Shown here piece by piece: positions 24,121 through 64,000 of a stretch of 64,000 nucleotides of DNA. This stretch comes from Octopus sinensis. Lineage: Eukaryota. The position numbers were made by a program, and so were the translations under genes. Where the stretch lies: the NCBI RefSeq assembly GCF_006345805.1, contig NC_042999.1, positions 169,570,001 to 169,634,000 on the forward strand. The letters run 5' to 3'. How positions within the stretch are numbered: the first letter of the stretch is position 1; each line of letters starts with the position of its first letter. The notes beneath the pieces were generated by a model. It was not told where the DNA came from, did no database searches, and worked only from the letters and a program-made list of their open reading frames with translations.

Positions 24121-24156
24121 TATAAAAGTGTATTTCTTGCACTTTCTGTTTCATTA
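24121..24156 (+). promoter_or_regulatory. Candidate NARS1 core promoter: TATAAAAG plus Inr-like TCATT
   Basis: TATAAAAG at 24121-24128; TCATT at 24151-24155 with its A 32 nt downstream of the TATA start; 47 nt upstream of the exon 1 ATG. Confidence 0.4.
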
Positions 24157-24199
24157 ATCTTTTCCTTCGATTGACTGGTCACGGAATTCGGTGCTCAAC

Positions 24200-62497
<38,298 letters not shown>

Positions 62498-62530
62498 TTC
62501 TGACCTGTTGACTATAATCTTTTCTACATA

Positions 62531-62536
62531 ATTAAA
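62531..62536 (+). promoter_or_regulatory. Candidate NARS1 polyadenylation signal (ATTAAA)
   Basis: Variant hexamer 34 nt after the stop codon, followed by T-rich sequence; motif evidence only. Confidence 0.3.
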
Positions 62537-62684
62537 ATGTAATTCTTAACTTGAAATGCAGCGCTTCATAGAGAACTTTCCAAACCTTACCTTTTATGAA
62601 CTTCATTTATTTAACCGTAATCATTTCTTTTCTGTTTTTATTAACCAATCTGATAAATACTTCTCAGAAATTATTGCCTTGCTA

Positions 62685-62689
<5 letters not shown>

Positions 62690-62723
<34 letters not shown>

Positions 62724-63400
62724 TATTATCATTATTATTATTATTGTTGTTGTTGTTAAGGTGGTGAGCTGGCATGCGGACAAAAAGGCTTAGCATTTCG
62801 TCCATCTTTAAAATCCAACTTCAAATTCTACCAAAGTCAACTTTGCCTTTCATGCTTTCAGGGTCGATAAAATGAGAGCCATCTGAGCACTGGAATCAAT
62901 TCAAATGACTAGCAGCCTTTCTCCCAAAACTTCAGGCTTTGTGTCTATAGTAGAAAGAATTATTATTATTATTATCATTATTATTATTATTATTATTAAG
63001 GCAGTGAGCTGGCAGAACCATTAACAGCAAACTGATAAATCAAGTACCAGTCACGTACTGGGGTCAATGTGATTGACTATCTCTCCACCACCACCACAAA
63101 TTGCTGGCCTTGTGCTTATCATAGAAAGGTTACTACGACTACAGTATTTTTTTTTTTGGCTCTTTAAATTGTCATTTCAAATTCTGCCATGGTCAACTTT
63201 GCCTTATGTCTTTTGGGAGTTGATAAAATAAAGTACCAGTCAAGTACTGGGGGTGATTTAATTGGCTAAACCCCTTCACCAAATTTCTGGCCTTTGTCTA
63301 TGTTAGAAACTATTATCATGATTGAGCTTAATCCCACCCGGGTTGATAAAATGGGTACGAGGTTAATATAATTGACTTTTCTCTCCCCAGAAATGTGTAA
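62690..63400 (+). mobile_element. Cluster of degraded SINE family B copies separated by (ATT)n
   Basis: Repeated AAGGxGGTGAGCTGGCA heads and GGTCAACTTTGCCTT..GATAAAAT..GTACCAG cores. Confidence 0.65.
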
Positions 63401-64000
63401 TCTTGTGCTTAAGATAAAAATCAAACACTTGACATTCTTTTCAACAAACAAGAACTTAATTTACAATAATTAGAAACAGTTAATTAGCAATAATGTTCAC
63501 ATTTTAGCACTGATGGAGATTTGATAGCCAATTAATGCATTGACAGATGAGTGTATATGTATGATTTTAAACAAGCGCATGTTGAGTTAAATATTAGTCT
63601 GACATGACATGCAGCTATGGCAGTTTACTGCTTGGGTAGGATGGAATCAGTGAATTCCATTCCACTTAAAGAGCAAAATATGGCATGGTGAGAGGTTAAG
63701 CATCAGAAATGTCCCAGTCTAACTCTTCGATGTTTTAGGACAGCATTGCATTTGAATAAACCTTGTTTCTTGGATGCAAGTCTGCCAAGCCTACTAAATT
63801 AAATTACACAAAAGACTGCATATAAAATATACTTCAAAAATATATAATCTGATTTAATAAATTTTGTGGTCATTCTTAATAAAAATTTTGGTCTTAGAAT
63901 GGTAGGTAAAAAGAAAATGTTGGAAAAAAACATTGTTATTTCTTAACTGATAAAGGCAGTAAGCTGGCAGAATTGTTTGCGTGCTGGACTTTGCAGTTTT

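Overview
AT-rich, repeat-dense eukaryotic genomic DNA. It is most likely from an octopod cephalopod, an inference from the SINE/RTE/MITE families, which resemble Octopus repeats as I remember them. There are two divergently oriented host genes. (1) A complete 18-exon cytoplasmic asparaginyl-tRNA synthetase gene (NARS1, + strand, CDS 24200-62497, 1650 nt, 549 aa, all introns GT-AG, frame continuous). (2) The first coding exon of an SLC22-family organic cation/anion transporter (- strand, 685-1014), which runs off the left edge. The rest is transposon-derived: tRNA-headed SINEs, RTE, CR1/L2 and CRE-like LINE fragments, Penelope-like elements (PLEs), a Gypsy integrase fragment, mariner and DD36E Tc1 remnants, hAT and piggyBac MITEs, Helitrons and long-TIR foldback elements. 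The most notable signals are: several type I hammerhead ribozyme motifs of PLE type (one nearly intact at 31183-31256), which co-occur with near-perfect fold-back palindromes; a 1.9-kb foldback transposon with about 620-bp modular TIRs and a perfect 8-bp TSD; and a 94-bp perfect palindrome immediately upstream of the NARS1 core promoter. No prokaryotic features, CRISPR arrays, rRNA or true tRNA genes were found. Exon, TSD, palindrome and ribozyme coordinates were counted base by base; boundaries of degraded repeats are approximate.
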